The position numbers were made by a program, and so were the translations under genes. A stretch of 64,000 nucleotides of DNA from Halarcobacter sp. (GTDB lineage Bacteria; Campylobacterota; Campylobacteria; Campylobacterales; Arcobacteraceae). The stretch lies in NCBI GenBank assembly GCA_963676565.1, contig OY781089.1, forward strand, positions 2,432,001-2,496,000, read 5' to 3'. Of this stretch, positions 31,088-39,306 are shown piece by piece (position 1 is the first letter of the stretch; every line of letters starts with the position of its first letter). Below the pieces are notes generated by a model. That model was not told the origin of the DNA, made no database searches, and saw only the letters and a list, made by a program, of their open reading frames with translations.

Positions 31088-32314
31088 ATGGAAGCTTTCT
31101 GGAAAAAAATTGGGGAAAAATTTTTATCAAAAATTGAAATTGGAAATTTAGAAGTAACATATCCAAATGGTGAAATAAAAAACTATGGTAAAACTTCTTA
31201 CCCAAAAGCAAAAATAAAACTTTATACAAATAAATTTTTCAAAAGAATTATGTTTTATGGGGATATAGGATTTGCTGAAAGTTACATGGATAAAGATTTT
31301 GATTGTGACAATTTAACTTCATTAATCAAAATTGCATTATTAAACTCTTCATCTTTAGAAACAGTAAGTAATCATGAAAAAAACTTTTCTTTATATAACC
31401 TATTCCCTTTTATAAACAAAGTCAAGCACTACTTAAGAAAAAACTCTAAAACAAAGGCTAGAAAAAACATCTCGAAACATTATGATTTATCAAATGATTT
31501 CTTTAAACTTTTCCTTGATGATACTATGATGTATTCAGCTGCAGTTTTTGAAAACCCAAAAGAACCATTATTTGATGCACAAAAAAGAAAAATAGATATC
31601 TTAGCAAAAAAACTTAATCTAAAAAAAGGTTCAAAAGTTTTAGAGATTGGTTCAGGATGGGGAGCTATGGCAAGTCATTTAGTTAAAGAGTATGATTGTA
31701 AAGTTACAACTTTAACTCTTTCTAAAGAGCAAAAAAAGCTATGTGAAGATAGATTTAAAGAGAATAATATTGAAGAGTCTATTGATGTTTTATTAAAAGA
31801 CTACAGAGATATGGAAGGTAAGTTTGATGCAATTATTGCTGTAGAGATGTTTGAAGCAGTAGGACGTGAATACTTTGATGTATTCTTTAAAAAATGTGAA
31901 GATTTATTAAAACCATCTGGAAATTTAGTTATGCAAATAATTACAATGCCAGACCAAAGATATGATTCATATTGTAAAGGGACAGACTTTATTCAAAAAT
32001 ATATCTTCCCAGGTGGTCATCTACCAAGTGTGGCAAAGATTTTAGATGTAACGACTAATCATACAAACTTAAATCTACTTCACATGGAAGAGTTTACAGA
32101 ACATTATGCAAAAACATTAAATATCTGGCATGAAAACTTCAATCAAAGAATTGAAGAGGTAAAAAAGCTTGGGTTCGATGATTATTTCATAAGAATGTGG
32201 AGAATGTATCTTTGTTACTGTGAAGCTGCATTTTTAACAAGAAATATTGGTTTAGTTCAAATTACCTTAACAAGGTATAACAATATTCATCTAAATGAAG
32301 GGCTTGTAGCATGA
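31088..32314 (+). CDS. Cyclopropane-fatty-acyl-phospholipid synthase family methyltransferase (UfaM-like)
   Basis: GFAESYM, NI..HYDLSNDFF, LEIGSGWG, EMFEAVG, FIQKYIFPGG, YCEAAF. Confidence 0.92.
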   Translation: MEAFWKKIGEKFLSKIEIGNLEVTYPNGEIKNYGKTSYPKAKIKLYTNKFFKRIMFYGDIGFAESYMDKDFDCDNLTSLIKIALLNSSSLETVSNHEKNFSLYNLFPFINKVKHYLRKNSKTKARKNISKHYDLSNDFFKLFLDDTMMYSAAVFENPKEPLFDAQKRKIDILAKKLNLKKGSKVLEIGSGWGAMASHLVKEYDCKVTTLTLSKEQKKLCEDRFKENNIEESIDVLLKDYRDMEGKFDAIIAVEMFEAVGREYFDVFFKKCEDLLKPSGNLVMQIITMPDQRYDSYCKGTDFIQKYIFPGGHLPSVAKILDVTTNHTNLNLLHMEEFTEHYAKTLNIWHENFNQRIEEVKKLGFDDYFIRMWRMYLCYCEAAFLTRNIGLVQITLTRYNNIHLNEGLVA

Positions 32315-32841
32315 AAAAACTACTAGTATTATCAATATTTTTTACAATTTTTTTTACAGGATGTTCAAAAATGCAAATAGAAGATTTTAAAGATAAAACT
32401 CCAGAATTTATTCCACAAGAATACTTCAATGGAAAAATGACTGCTTATGGTTTAGTAAAAGATAGAAGTGGAAAGATTATTAGAAGCTTTAAAGGGCAAC
32501 TTATTGGCTCATGGGATGAAAATGGGATTGGAACATTAGATGAAAAATTTGTTTATGATGATGGTGAAGAATTAACTAGAGTTTGGACTTTAAAACCTAC
32601 AGGTGAAAAATCATTTGATGCAACAGCAGGGGACATAATTGGCACCGCAAAGATGCAAGCTTTAGGAAATACAGTTATGATAGATTATGTAATGAGAGTA
32701 CCATATAATGATTCTACAATAGATATTAGTGTTAGAGACTGGTTACATTTACAAGAAGATGGTGTAATAATTAACCACTCAAAAATGAAAAAATTTGGAT
32801 TTACAGTTGGTGAATTAGTTATCACAATTATCAAGGAATAA
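32311..32841 (+). CDS. DUF3833 family lipoprotein
   Basis: Lipobox FTGC, YFNG...AYG, LDE.F.YDDGE...R.W, DW. Confidence 0.85.
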   Translation: MKKLLVLSIFFTIFFTGCSKMQIEDFKDKTPEFIPQEYFNGKMTAYGLVKDRSGKIIRSFKGQLIGSWDENGIGTLDEKFVYDDGEELTRVWTLKPTGEKSFDATAGDIIGTAKMQALGNTVMIDYVMRVPYNDSTIDISVRDWLHLQEDGVIINHSKMKKFGFTVGELVITIIKE

Positions 32842-32844
32842 GCC

Positions 32845-34014
32845 TTGGAGAATCAAGAGAAGATAAGAGGACAAGAGATAAGAAGCATTTTATTTTTAAT
32901 GATTCTTTTCTTACCATTATCTTCAATTGCTAATTACTTTAATGATAGACCACAATTTACCCTTTTATATTCAATTGCATCAATTTTCACTGTAATTCTT
33001 TTTTTTAATTTAAAGAAAATAAACAACAATAATAAAGTAGCTAAATATATGTTGTTAATTCTATTTACAATATTTTTTAGCTTTTTATTCCTAGGTAATC
33101 AAAACAGTTTTGACATATTTTGGGTTCTGGTACTACCTTTAGTAACAATAATGATTGAATCTTATAAAAATACAAAAAAATGGTTGATTGGTTTTATTGT
33201 TCTACTTTTAATATCTTTAATTATATCCTACACAAAACTAGTAAATTATGATAGTTTTGCCATCTGGTCATTATTGTGGGCAGGTATTTTTGTTTCATAT
33301 ATGAGTTTTCACTACAAAAAATCACAAAATATTTTAGAAAATGAAATTTATGACTACCAAAAGAACTTAGAAAAAAAAGTAGATATTGCCACTAAAGAGA
33401 TTCAAATTTTAAACAATGATTTGGAAGAAACCCAAAAAGAGATTATACAAAGACTTGGAACTTTAGGTGAATTTAGATCAAATGAAACTGGTGCACATGT
33501 TATAAGAGTTGGTTTATATTCAAAGAAACTAGCACTTTTATATGGCTTAAGTGAAGAGTTATCAGAACAAATCAATCTTACAGCTCCTTTACACGATATT
33601 GGAAAAGTAGGTATTGAAGATTCTATTTTAAATAAACCTGCAAAACTTACACAAGAAGAGTATGAAACTATGAAAAAACATGCAAGTATTGGTGAACTAA
33701 TTTTAAGTAATTCAAACAAACCATTAATACAAATGGCATGTGAGATTGCAAGTGGCCACCACGAAAAATATGATGGAAGTGGTTATCCTAAGGGTTTAAA
33801 AGGTGAATTTATACCTTTAAGTGCTAGAATTGTAGCCATTGCAGATGTTTTTGATGCATTATACTCAAAAAGAGTATACAAAAAAAGTTGGTCTAAAGAA
33901 GATATTAAAGACTATTTTATGGAAAATAAAGCTGTTCACTTTGACCCTGAATTAGTCACTCTTTTTTTAGATAACTTTGATGAATTTGTAAATATATATG
34001 ATAAGAATAAATGA
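32845..34014 (+). CDS. Membrane-bound HD-GYP phosphodiesterase
   Basis: About 6 TM; ETGAHV.RV, LHDIGK, HHEKYDGSGYP, ADVFDAL. Confidence 0.9.
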   Translation: MENQEKIRGQEIRSILFLMILFLPLSSIANYFNDRPQFTLLYSIASIFTVILFFNLKKINNNNKVAKYMLLILFTIFFSFLFLGNQNSFDIFWVLVLPLVTIMIESYKNTKKWLIGFIVLLLISLIISYTKLVNYDSFAIWSLLWAGIFVSYMSFHYKKSQNILENEIYDYQKNLEKKVDIATKEIQILNNDLEETQKEIIQRLGTLGEFRSNETGAHVIRVGLYSKKLALLYGLSEELSEQINLTAPLHDIGKVGIEDSILNKPAKLTQEEYETMKKHASIGELILSNSNKPLIQMACEIASGHHEKYDGSGYPKGLKGEFIPLSARIVAIADVFDALYSKRVYKKSWSKEDIKDYFMENKAVHFDPELVTLFLDNFDEFVNIYDKNK

Positions 34015-34021
34015 GGAATAG

Positions 34022-34789
34022 ATGAAAGTAGTATTGACAATTGCAGGAAGTGATAGTAGTGGAGGAGCTGGTATTCAAGCTGATTTAAAAACCTTTGAAA
34101 ATTTTGGAGTTTTTGGAGCATCAGTTTTAACAGTTTTAACAGCTCAAAACACAACAGGTGTGAGAAGTATTAGCCAAATAGATTCAAACTTTGTAAAAGA
34201 ACAACTTGAGATGGTTTTTGATGACTTAGAAGTTGCAGCAGTAAAAATCGGAATGCTTTTTTCAAATGAGATTATTGACACAGTAAGAGAATTTATAAAA
34301 GGTTTAGATATTCCAATAGTATTTGACCCAGTTTTTGTATCAAAAGCAGGTTCTAAACTTTTAAGTGATGATGCAGTAGAAAATATGAAATCTTTATTTC
34401 CCTATGTTACAGTAATAACTCCAAATACCTTTGAAGCAAAGGGTTTGTTTAACTTCAATGAAAACAATGGTAATGGAGTTGAAGAGATTAAATCTTTACC
34501 TTGTGAAGTTTTAATTAAAAATATAAAAAAAGGTACTCAAAGTATTGATAGACTTTATTTAGGTGAAAATATTATAGAGTTTGAATCTGCATTTTTGAAT
34601 TCTGAAAACACCCATGGAACAGGTTGTAGTTTTAGTAGTGCAATAGCTGCTAATATTGCCTTAGGCAAAAGCTTAGAAGATTCAATCTCAATTGCCAATA
34701 AATTTGTTTTTGAAGCAATTAATAATGCCCCAGGAATAGGAAAAGGGAAAGGACCGATTTCTCATAAAAAAGGGTTTGAATCATTATAA
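34022..34789 (+). CDS. thiD: Hydroxymethylpyrimidine/phosphomethylpyrimidine kinase
   Basis: LTIAGSDSSGGAGIQADLKTF, THGTGC. Confidence 0.93.
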   Translation: MKVVLTIAGSDSSGGAGIQADLKTFENFGVFGASVLTVLTAQNTTGVRSISQIDSNFVKEQLEMVFDDLEVAAVKIGMLFSNEIIDTVREFIKGLDIPIVFDPVFVSKAGSKLLSDDAVENMKSLFPYVTVITPNTFEAKGLFNFNENNGNGVEEIKSLPCEVLIKNIKKGTQSIDRLYLGENIIEFESAFLNSENTHGTGCSFSSAIAANIALGKSLEDSISIANKFVFEAINNAPGIGKGKGPISHKKGFESL

Positions 34790-34801
34790 ATTTAAAAAGG
34801 T

Positions 34802-35167
34802 ATGAAAAAAATGAAAGCAATAATATTTATAGCCCATGGTAGTAAAAAAGAACAGTCAAATAATGAATTTGTAAATCTAATTGAAAAAATTTCAAAAGAA
34901 GATACTAAATATGATTTAAAAAAAGCAGCCTTTTTAGAACTTGCAACGCCTAGTATCCAAGAAGTTGCCGTAGAGTTTATAAAAAAAGGTGCAATATATA
35001 TTAGTTTTTATCCATATTTTTTAAACTCTGGAAAACATGTATTAGTTGATCTTCCTATTATCATAGAAGATTTAAAAAAAGAGTATCCCCTTGTGGAGTT
35101 TAAATTACTTTCACATTTTGGAAAATCTGAGAAAATAAAAGATATTATCCTTTCTGATATAAACTAA
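34802..35167 (+). CDS. Small CbiX/SirB-type chelatase
   Basis: AHGS, AFLELA.P, PYFL..G.H...D.P. Confidence 0.85.
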   Translation: MKKMKAIIFIAHGSKKEQSNNEFVNLIEKISKEDTKYDLKKAAFLELATPSIQEVAVEFIKKGAIYISFYPYFLNSGKHVLVDLPIIIEDLKKEYPLVEFKLLSHFGKSEKIKDIILSDIN

Positions 35168-35173
35168 AACATC

Positions 35174-35222
35174 ATAAACTTACATTTTTAGCCTACTAAT
35201 TTCCCACTAATTATAAGATAAT
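35174..35222 (+). promoter_or_regulatory. Cluster promoter motif, site C (degenerate; renalase-like operon)
   Basis: ATAAACTTACA-N7-CCTACT-N19-GATAAT. Confidence 0.45.
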
Positions 35223-35240
35223 AAAATAAAAAGTGGGAAA

Positions 35241-36167
35241 ATGAACGTAGCAATTATTGGAGCAGGTTTTAGTGGTTGTCACTTATATAAAAATCTATCA
35301 CAAAAACAATTTAGGGTAACTATCTTTGATAAATCAAGGGGATGTGGAGGGAGACTTAGTACCAAATATATTGGTGATAAGTTTATTGACCATGGAACCT
35401 CTTCAATTAATATACATGATAAAGAACTAATTGATTTTTTAGATAAAAAAGTTAAACAAAATATTCTTCAAAAAAGTGATAACAACTATATTCCAACAAA
35501 TGGAATAAACAAGCTTTGCTCTTCAATGATAGATAAAAAAGACCTAATTAACAATACTAGAATAATCAAAGCACATTATAAAAATAAAAAATGGTTTTTA
35601 TTTGATGAAAAAGGTAAAATGTACCAATCATATGATTTATTGTTATTAACTAATCCTGCAACACAAATTTTAGAAATGGATCTAAATCTTAATAATGAGA
35701 TAAAAGATTTGTTAAAAGATGTAAAATATACACCAATTAGTACACTTATTTGTTATGATAAAAATAGTAATGATTTAGATTTATCATCACTTGAAAAAAA
35801 TACTAATTTCAAAAAAGTTGTTGATAACTCATCAAAATATCAATACAAAGATTTTAAAAGTTTTGTATTACATTTAAATGAAGAATTTACACAAAAAAAT
35901 ATAGATCTTCCAAAAGAGAAGCTTTTTGAAAAGATTTATTCATTAATTAAAAAAGAGGTAAATATAGATATAAAAAATAAGTTTGAAACTATAGAACACC
36001 TTTGGAAATATGCTTTTGTAGAAAATACAATTAATAAAGAATATATTTTTGACACTAATCAAAACCTAGGGATTTGTGGGGATTATTTTCAAAAGAAGAA
36101 CCTAGAAGGTTCATTTTATAGTTCAAATAAATTATCAGAAAAAATCATAAATTTAATAAAGGAGTAA
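35241..36167 (+). CDS. Renalase-like NAD(P)/FAD-dependent oxidoreductase
   Basis: IIGAG.SG, DKSRG.GGRLST, DHG, H.WKYA, CGD......EG. Confidence 0.85.
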   Translation: MNVAIIGAGFSGCHLYKNLSQKQFRVTIFDKSRGCGGRLSTKYIGDKFIDHGTSSINIHDKELIDFLDKKVKQNILQKSDNNYIPTNGINKLCSSMIDKKDLINNTRIIKAHYKNKKWFLFDEKGKMYQSYDLLLLTNPATQILEMDLNLNNEIKDLLKDVKYTPISTLICYDKNSNDLDLSSLEKNTNFKKVVDNSSKYQYKDFKSFVLHLNEEFTQKNIDLPKEKLFEKIYSLIKKEVNIDIKNKFETIEHLWKYAFVENTINKEYIFDTNQNLGICGDYFQKKNLEGSFYSSNKLSEKIINLIKE

Positions 36168-36169
36168 TT

Positions 36170-36451
36170 ATGTTTAAAGACGTAGTTTTCACAGCACTTG
36201 GTGCAACAAAAAAGATAAGAAAAAGTGTAAAAAAAGAGTTAAAAACTCTAGAAAAAAAAGGGATGTTAAGAAAAGAGGATTTAAAAACTTTTGTTGAGAA
36301 TCTTGAGGCTGAAGGAAAGATAGAAGATAAAAAGATAAAAAAAGAGATTAGATCAATGTTAAAAGAGATAATCAATGAACTTGGTCTTGCTACAAAAAAA
36401 GATCTTCAAAAAATGAAAACAGAGATTTTAGAAGAATTAAAAGGTAAATAG
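36170..36451 (+). CDS. Small phasin/PhaF-like coiled-coil protein
   Basis: LG at N-terminus, KG.L...D...FV, ELGLATKKDL; such proteins often precede ABC1 kinases. Confidence 0.6.
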   Translation: MFKDVVFTALGATKKIRKSVKKELKTLEKKGMLRKEDLKTFVENLEAEGKIEDKKIKKEIRSMLKEIINELGLATKKDLQKMKTEILEELKGK

Positions 36452-36452
36452 T

Positions 36453-37511
36453 TTGAAATGTGACAAATGCAATGAAAAACTAGGATTTGAATCCTTACCA
36501 TCAAAAATATATTTTGTAAGTGAATTTGATGAGCTAATGGCAAAAAGCAGAATATTCTTAATGAAATTAGGTCTAAACTTATTTAAAGTTCATGATTTAC
36601 ACTATATAAAAGTTGAGGATACAAAAGAGTTTTTTAAATCAAATATTGACGCATTAAAAGGTCACTTTAATCAAATGGCAGCTCAAGATATAAAGATTTA
36701 TATTGATTATGAAAATTTAGGTTTTTCATACAAAATGGTTTTACATGCAAAACCATTACAAAGATTCATAAACATGATAGATGATAAAGAGTTTTTTGAT
36801 GTGATAAATAATCAATCCTTAACCTCGTATTTTCAGCCTATAGTTGATGTAAAGACAAACTCTATTTATGGGTATGAAACATTAATTAGAGGGGTTAAGG
36901 CCGATGGTTCCTTAATCTATCCAGATGAATTATTCGAAAAATCTGCTAGAAATGATATGAACTTTAAACTAGATAGGATGTGTAGAGAAAGTGCTTTAAA
37001 AACCGCTGCTACTAAAAAAGTTAATAAAAAAGTATTTATTAATTTTTTACCCACATCTGTTTATGATCCTGAGTTTTGTTTACAATCAACTGTCAAATGG
37101 GCAAAACAACTAGAAATAGACCCCTCAAATATTATATTTGAAGTTGTCGAGACAGAAAAAGTAACAGACCAAGAACATCTAAAATCTATTTTAGAATATT
37201 ATAGAAATGAAGGGTTTAAAATAGCTTTAGATGATGTTGGTGAAGGGTATTCTAGTTTAAATATGATAATTGAATTAAAACCTGATATTATCAAAATAGA
37301 TAGAAATATTATTAAAGATATAGACAAAGATGATTACAAAGTCTCTGTTTATAAAGCTTTAGCTAGTTTAGCAAGGGATAGAGATATTAAGATATTAGCT
37401 GAAGGTATTGAAACAGCTTATGAGTTAGAGGTTATAAAAGAGATTGGAGTTGACTATCTACAAGGTTATTACTTCGCTAAGCCTTTACCAGAACCAATTA
37501 GAAAGATCTAG
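36453..37511 (+). CDS. EAL-domain c-di-GMP phosphodiesterase
   Basis: FQPIV, YETLIR, FINF, LDDVGEGYSSL, IKID, AEGIE, QGYYF. Confidence 0.9.
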   Translation: MKCDKCNEKLGFESLPSKIYFVSEFDELMAKSRIFLMKLGLNLFKVHDLHYIKVEDTKEFFKSNIDALKGHFNQMAAQDIKIYIDYENLGFSYKMVLHAKPLQRFINMIDDKEFFDVINNQSLTSYFQPIVDVKTNSIYGYETLIRGVKADGSLIYPDELFEKSARNDMNFKLDRMCRESALKTAATKKVNKKVFINFLPTSVYDPEFCLQSTVKWAKQLEIDPSNIIFEVVETEKVTDQEHLKSILEYYRNEGFKIALDDVGEGYSSLNMIIELKPDIIKIDRNIIKDIDKDDYKVSVYKALASLARDRDIKILAEGIETAYELEVIKEIGVDYLQGYYFAKPLPEPIRKI

Positions 37512-37522
37512 AAGGATACGTT

Positions 37523-39061
37523 ATAAAATATTTTTCACCCCTAAGGGTTTATCAAGTATTCACATTTTTATTAACAATATATTTAGTAATAAAAAGAAAA
37601 AAGAGTTTTTTATTACTAAAACCTTTAAAACCAAAAAAGCTAAAGGAGACTATTGTAAAACTAGGAGCTAGTTTTATTAAACTTGCTCAAGTATTAGCTA
37701 CGAGGTCTGATTTTTTCACAGAAGATTACCTTGATGAATTAAAGAATCTTCATGATCAAATTCCCCCTATGAGTCACAAACAATTCAAAGAGGTTTATAA
37801 TATCGCTTTTGAAAATAAAGATATTTTTGAAAGCTTCCAAGAGATACCTATTGCTTCAGCTTCAATTGGGCAAGTTCATGTGGCACATTTAAAAAATGGA
37901 AAAAAAGTAGCTGTAAAACTAAGAAGAATAGGAATAAAAGAACAAGTTTTAGCAGATATAAAGATTATTTCATTTTTTAACTTTTTATTTAAACCCCTGT
38001 TTTCATCATATACTAAAAATTCAATTGAAGCTGTAATTTCTGAATTTTCAAAAATGATAGTTGAAGAGATTAGTTTAAATCAAGAACTAAAAAATCTTAA
38101 AAACTTTAAAAAAGTATACAAAAAACAGAAAGTTAGATTTCCAAAAGGATATAAAAAATACTCATGTGATGATGCAATGGTTATGAGTTTTGAAGAGGGA
38201 TTTAGATTTGATGATAAAGAGAGTATTTTTAAAAATAACATTGATTTTAAATCAATTATCTCAAACCTAGTTGACTTTTATACAACCCAGATGTTGATAA
38301 CTGGATTTTTCCATGCGGACCCACATCCAGGTAACCTTTTAGTAAATAAAAAAGGGGAGCTTATTTTACTTGATTTTGGTATGGTAAAAACTGTACCAAA
38401 TGATAAAAGAATTGCTATTATTGAACTTATTAAAGCAGCTCATGAAAAAGATTATGAGACATATATTAGTGCTAGTAAAAGACTAGGTACTATTGCTTAT
38501 GAAGCACCAACAAGTGAATTAGCTGAGTTTACTGCAAAAATGTTTGATATATTTTCAAATGATAATCTAGATAGTGAATCTATGCAAAAACTTGCCTTTG
38601 AGATACTTGAAAGTACTAGAGATTTACCTTTTAAACTGCCAAGTGATGCAATTTATATTTTAAGAGTAAGTGCAATTATTGAAGGTCTTGGGACAACATA
38701 TATAGAAAACTTTAATGGTGTAAAAGATATTTTGCCAATATTAAACCAAAACTTACCAAAGGCGTTAGGAACAAAAAGTACCATAAGTGAAACACTTATT
38801 GCTGAAGCAAAAGAGTTGCCATTTATTGTAAAAGATTTTAAAGTAATGGTAAAAAAAGCTAGTGAAGGTACACTTGAAGTTGAAGTAAGCAGAAACCAGC
38901 TTGAGTATATAATTACAAGTTTAAAAAAAGTTTTAAAATCATATGCAATATCTTTTGGTTTTGTTTTAGCTTCAATGTTTTATTTAATGTATGGCTTTGA
39001 ACCAAAAGAGATATCAATCGTTTTATTTTTATTAGGATTTATAAGGGTATTTTACAAATGA
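37523..39061 (+). CDS. AarF/UbiB/ABC1 family atypical kinase (probable ATA start)
   Basis: ASASIGQVH, VAVK, FFHADPHPGN, LDFG. Frame is open upstream of ATG 37769 back to 37502 and contains LGASFIKLAQVLATRSD; AAGGA lies 6 nt before ATA 37523. Confidence 0.85.
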   Translation: MKYFSPLRVYQVFTFLLTIYLVIKRKKSFLLLKPLKPKKLKETIVKLGASFIKLAQVLATRSDFFTEDYLDELKNLHDQIPPMSHKQFKEVYNIAFENKDIFESFQEIPIASASIGQVHVAHLKNGKKVAVKLRRIGIKEQVLADIKIISFFNFLFKPLFSSYTKNSIEAVISEFSKMIVEEISLNQELKNLKNFKKVYKKQKVRFPKGYKKYSCDDAMVMSFEEGFRFDDKESIFKNNIDFKSIISNLVDFYTTQMLITGFFHADPHPGNLLVNKKGELILLDFGMVKTVPNDKRIAIIELIKAAHEKDYETYISASKRLGTIAYEAPTSELAEFTAKMFDIFSNDNLDSESMQKLAFEILESTRDLPFKLPSDAIYILRVSAIIEGLGTTYIENFNGVKDILPILNQNLPKALGTKSTISETLIAEAKELPFIVKDFKVMVKKASEGTLEVEVSRNQLEYIITSLKKVLKSYAISFGFVLASMFYLMYGFEPKEISIVLFLLGFIRVFYK

Positions 39062-39303
39062 AAAAAATTGACTTGAATGAAGAGGACAAAAATAGGCTTA
39101 TTCAAATGGCCTGGCAAGATAGAACAACCTTTGAAGGGATAAAAAAAGAGTTTGGATTAACAGAAAATCAAGTTAAGAACTTAATGAGAAAACTAATATC
39201 AAAAAATGGCTTTAAAAGATGGAGAAAAAGAGTTCAAGATAGAACTACAAAACATGAGAAAAAAGTTGATTTTAAACCCATAAGATTTAAAGGTCCTTGG
39301 TAA
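39058..39303 (+). CDS. TIGR03643/DUF2805 family protein
   Basis: R.IQMAW.DRT.FE.I...FGL.E..V..LMR......F.RWR.RV..R.TKH. Confidence 0.88.
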   Translation: MKKIDLNEEDKNRLIQMAWQDRTTFEGIKKEFGLTENQVKNLMRKLISKNGFKRWRKRVQDRTTKHEKKVDFKPIRFKGPW

Positions 39304-39306
39304 GAT

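Noticed and set aside
37444..37671. 75-aa ORF suggesting a frameshifted or pseudogenised ubiB-like gene
   Set aside because: The kinase N-terminus is in the same frame as 37769..39061 with no stop, so no frameshift is needed. This ORF is an off-frame artefact.
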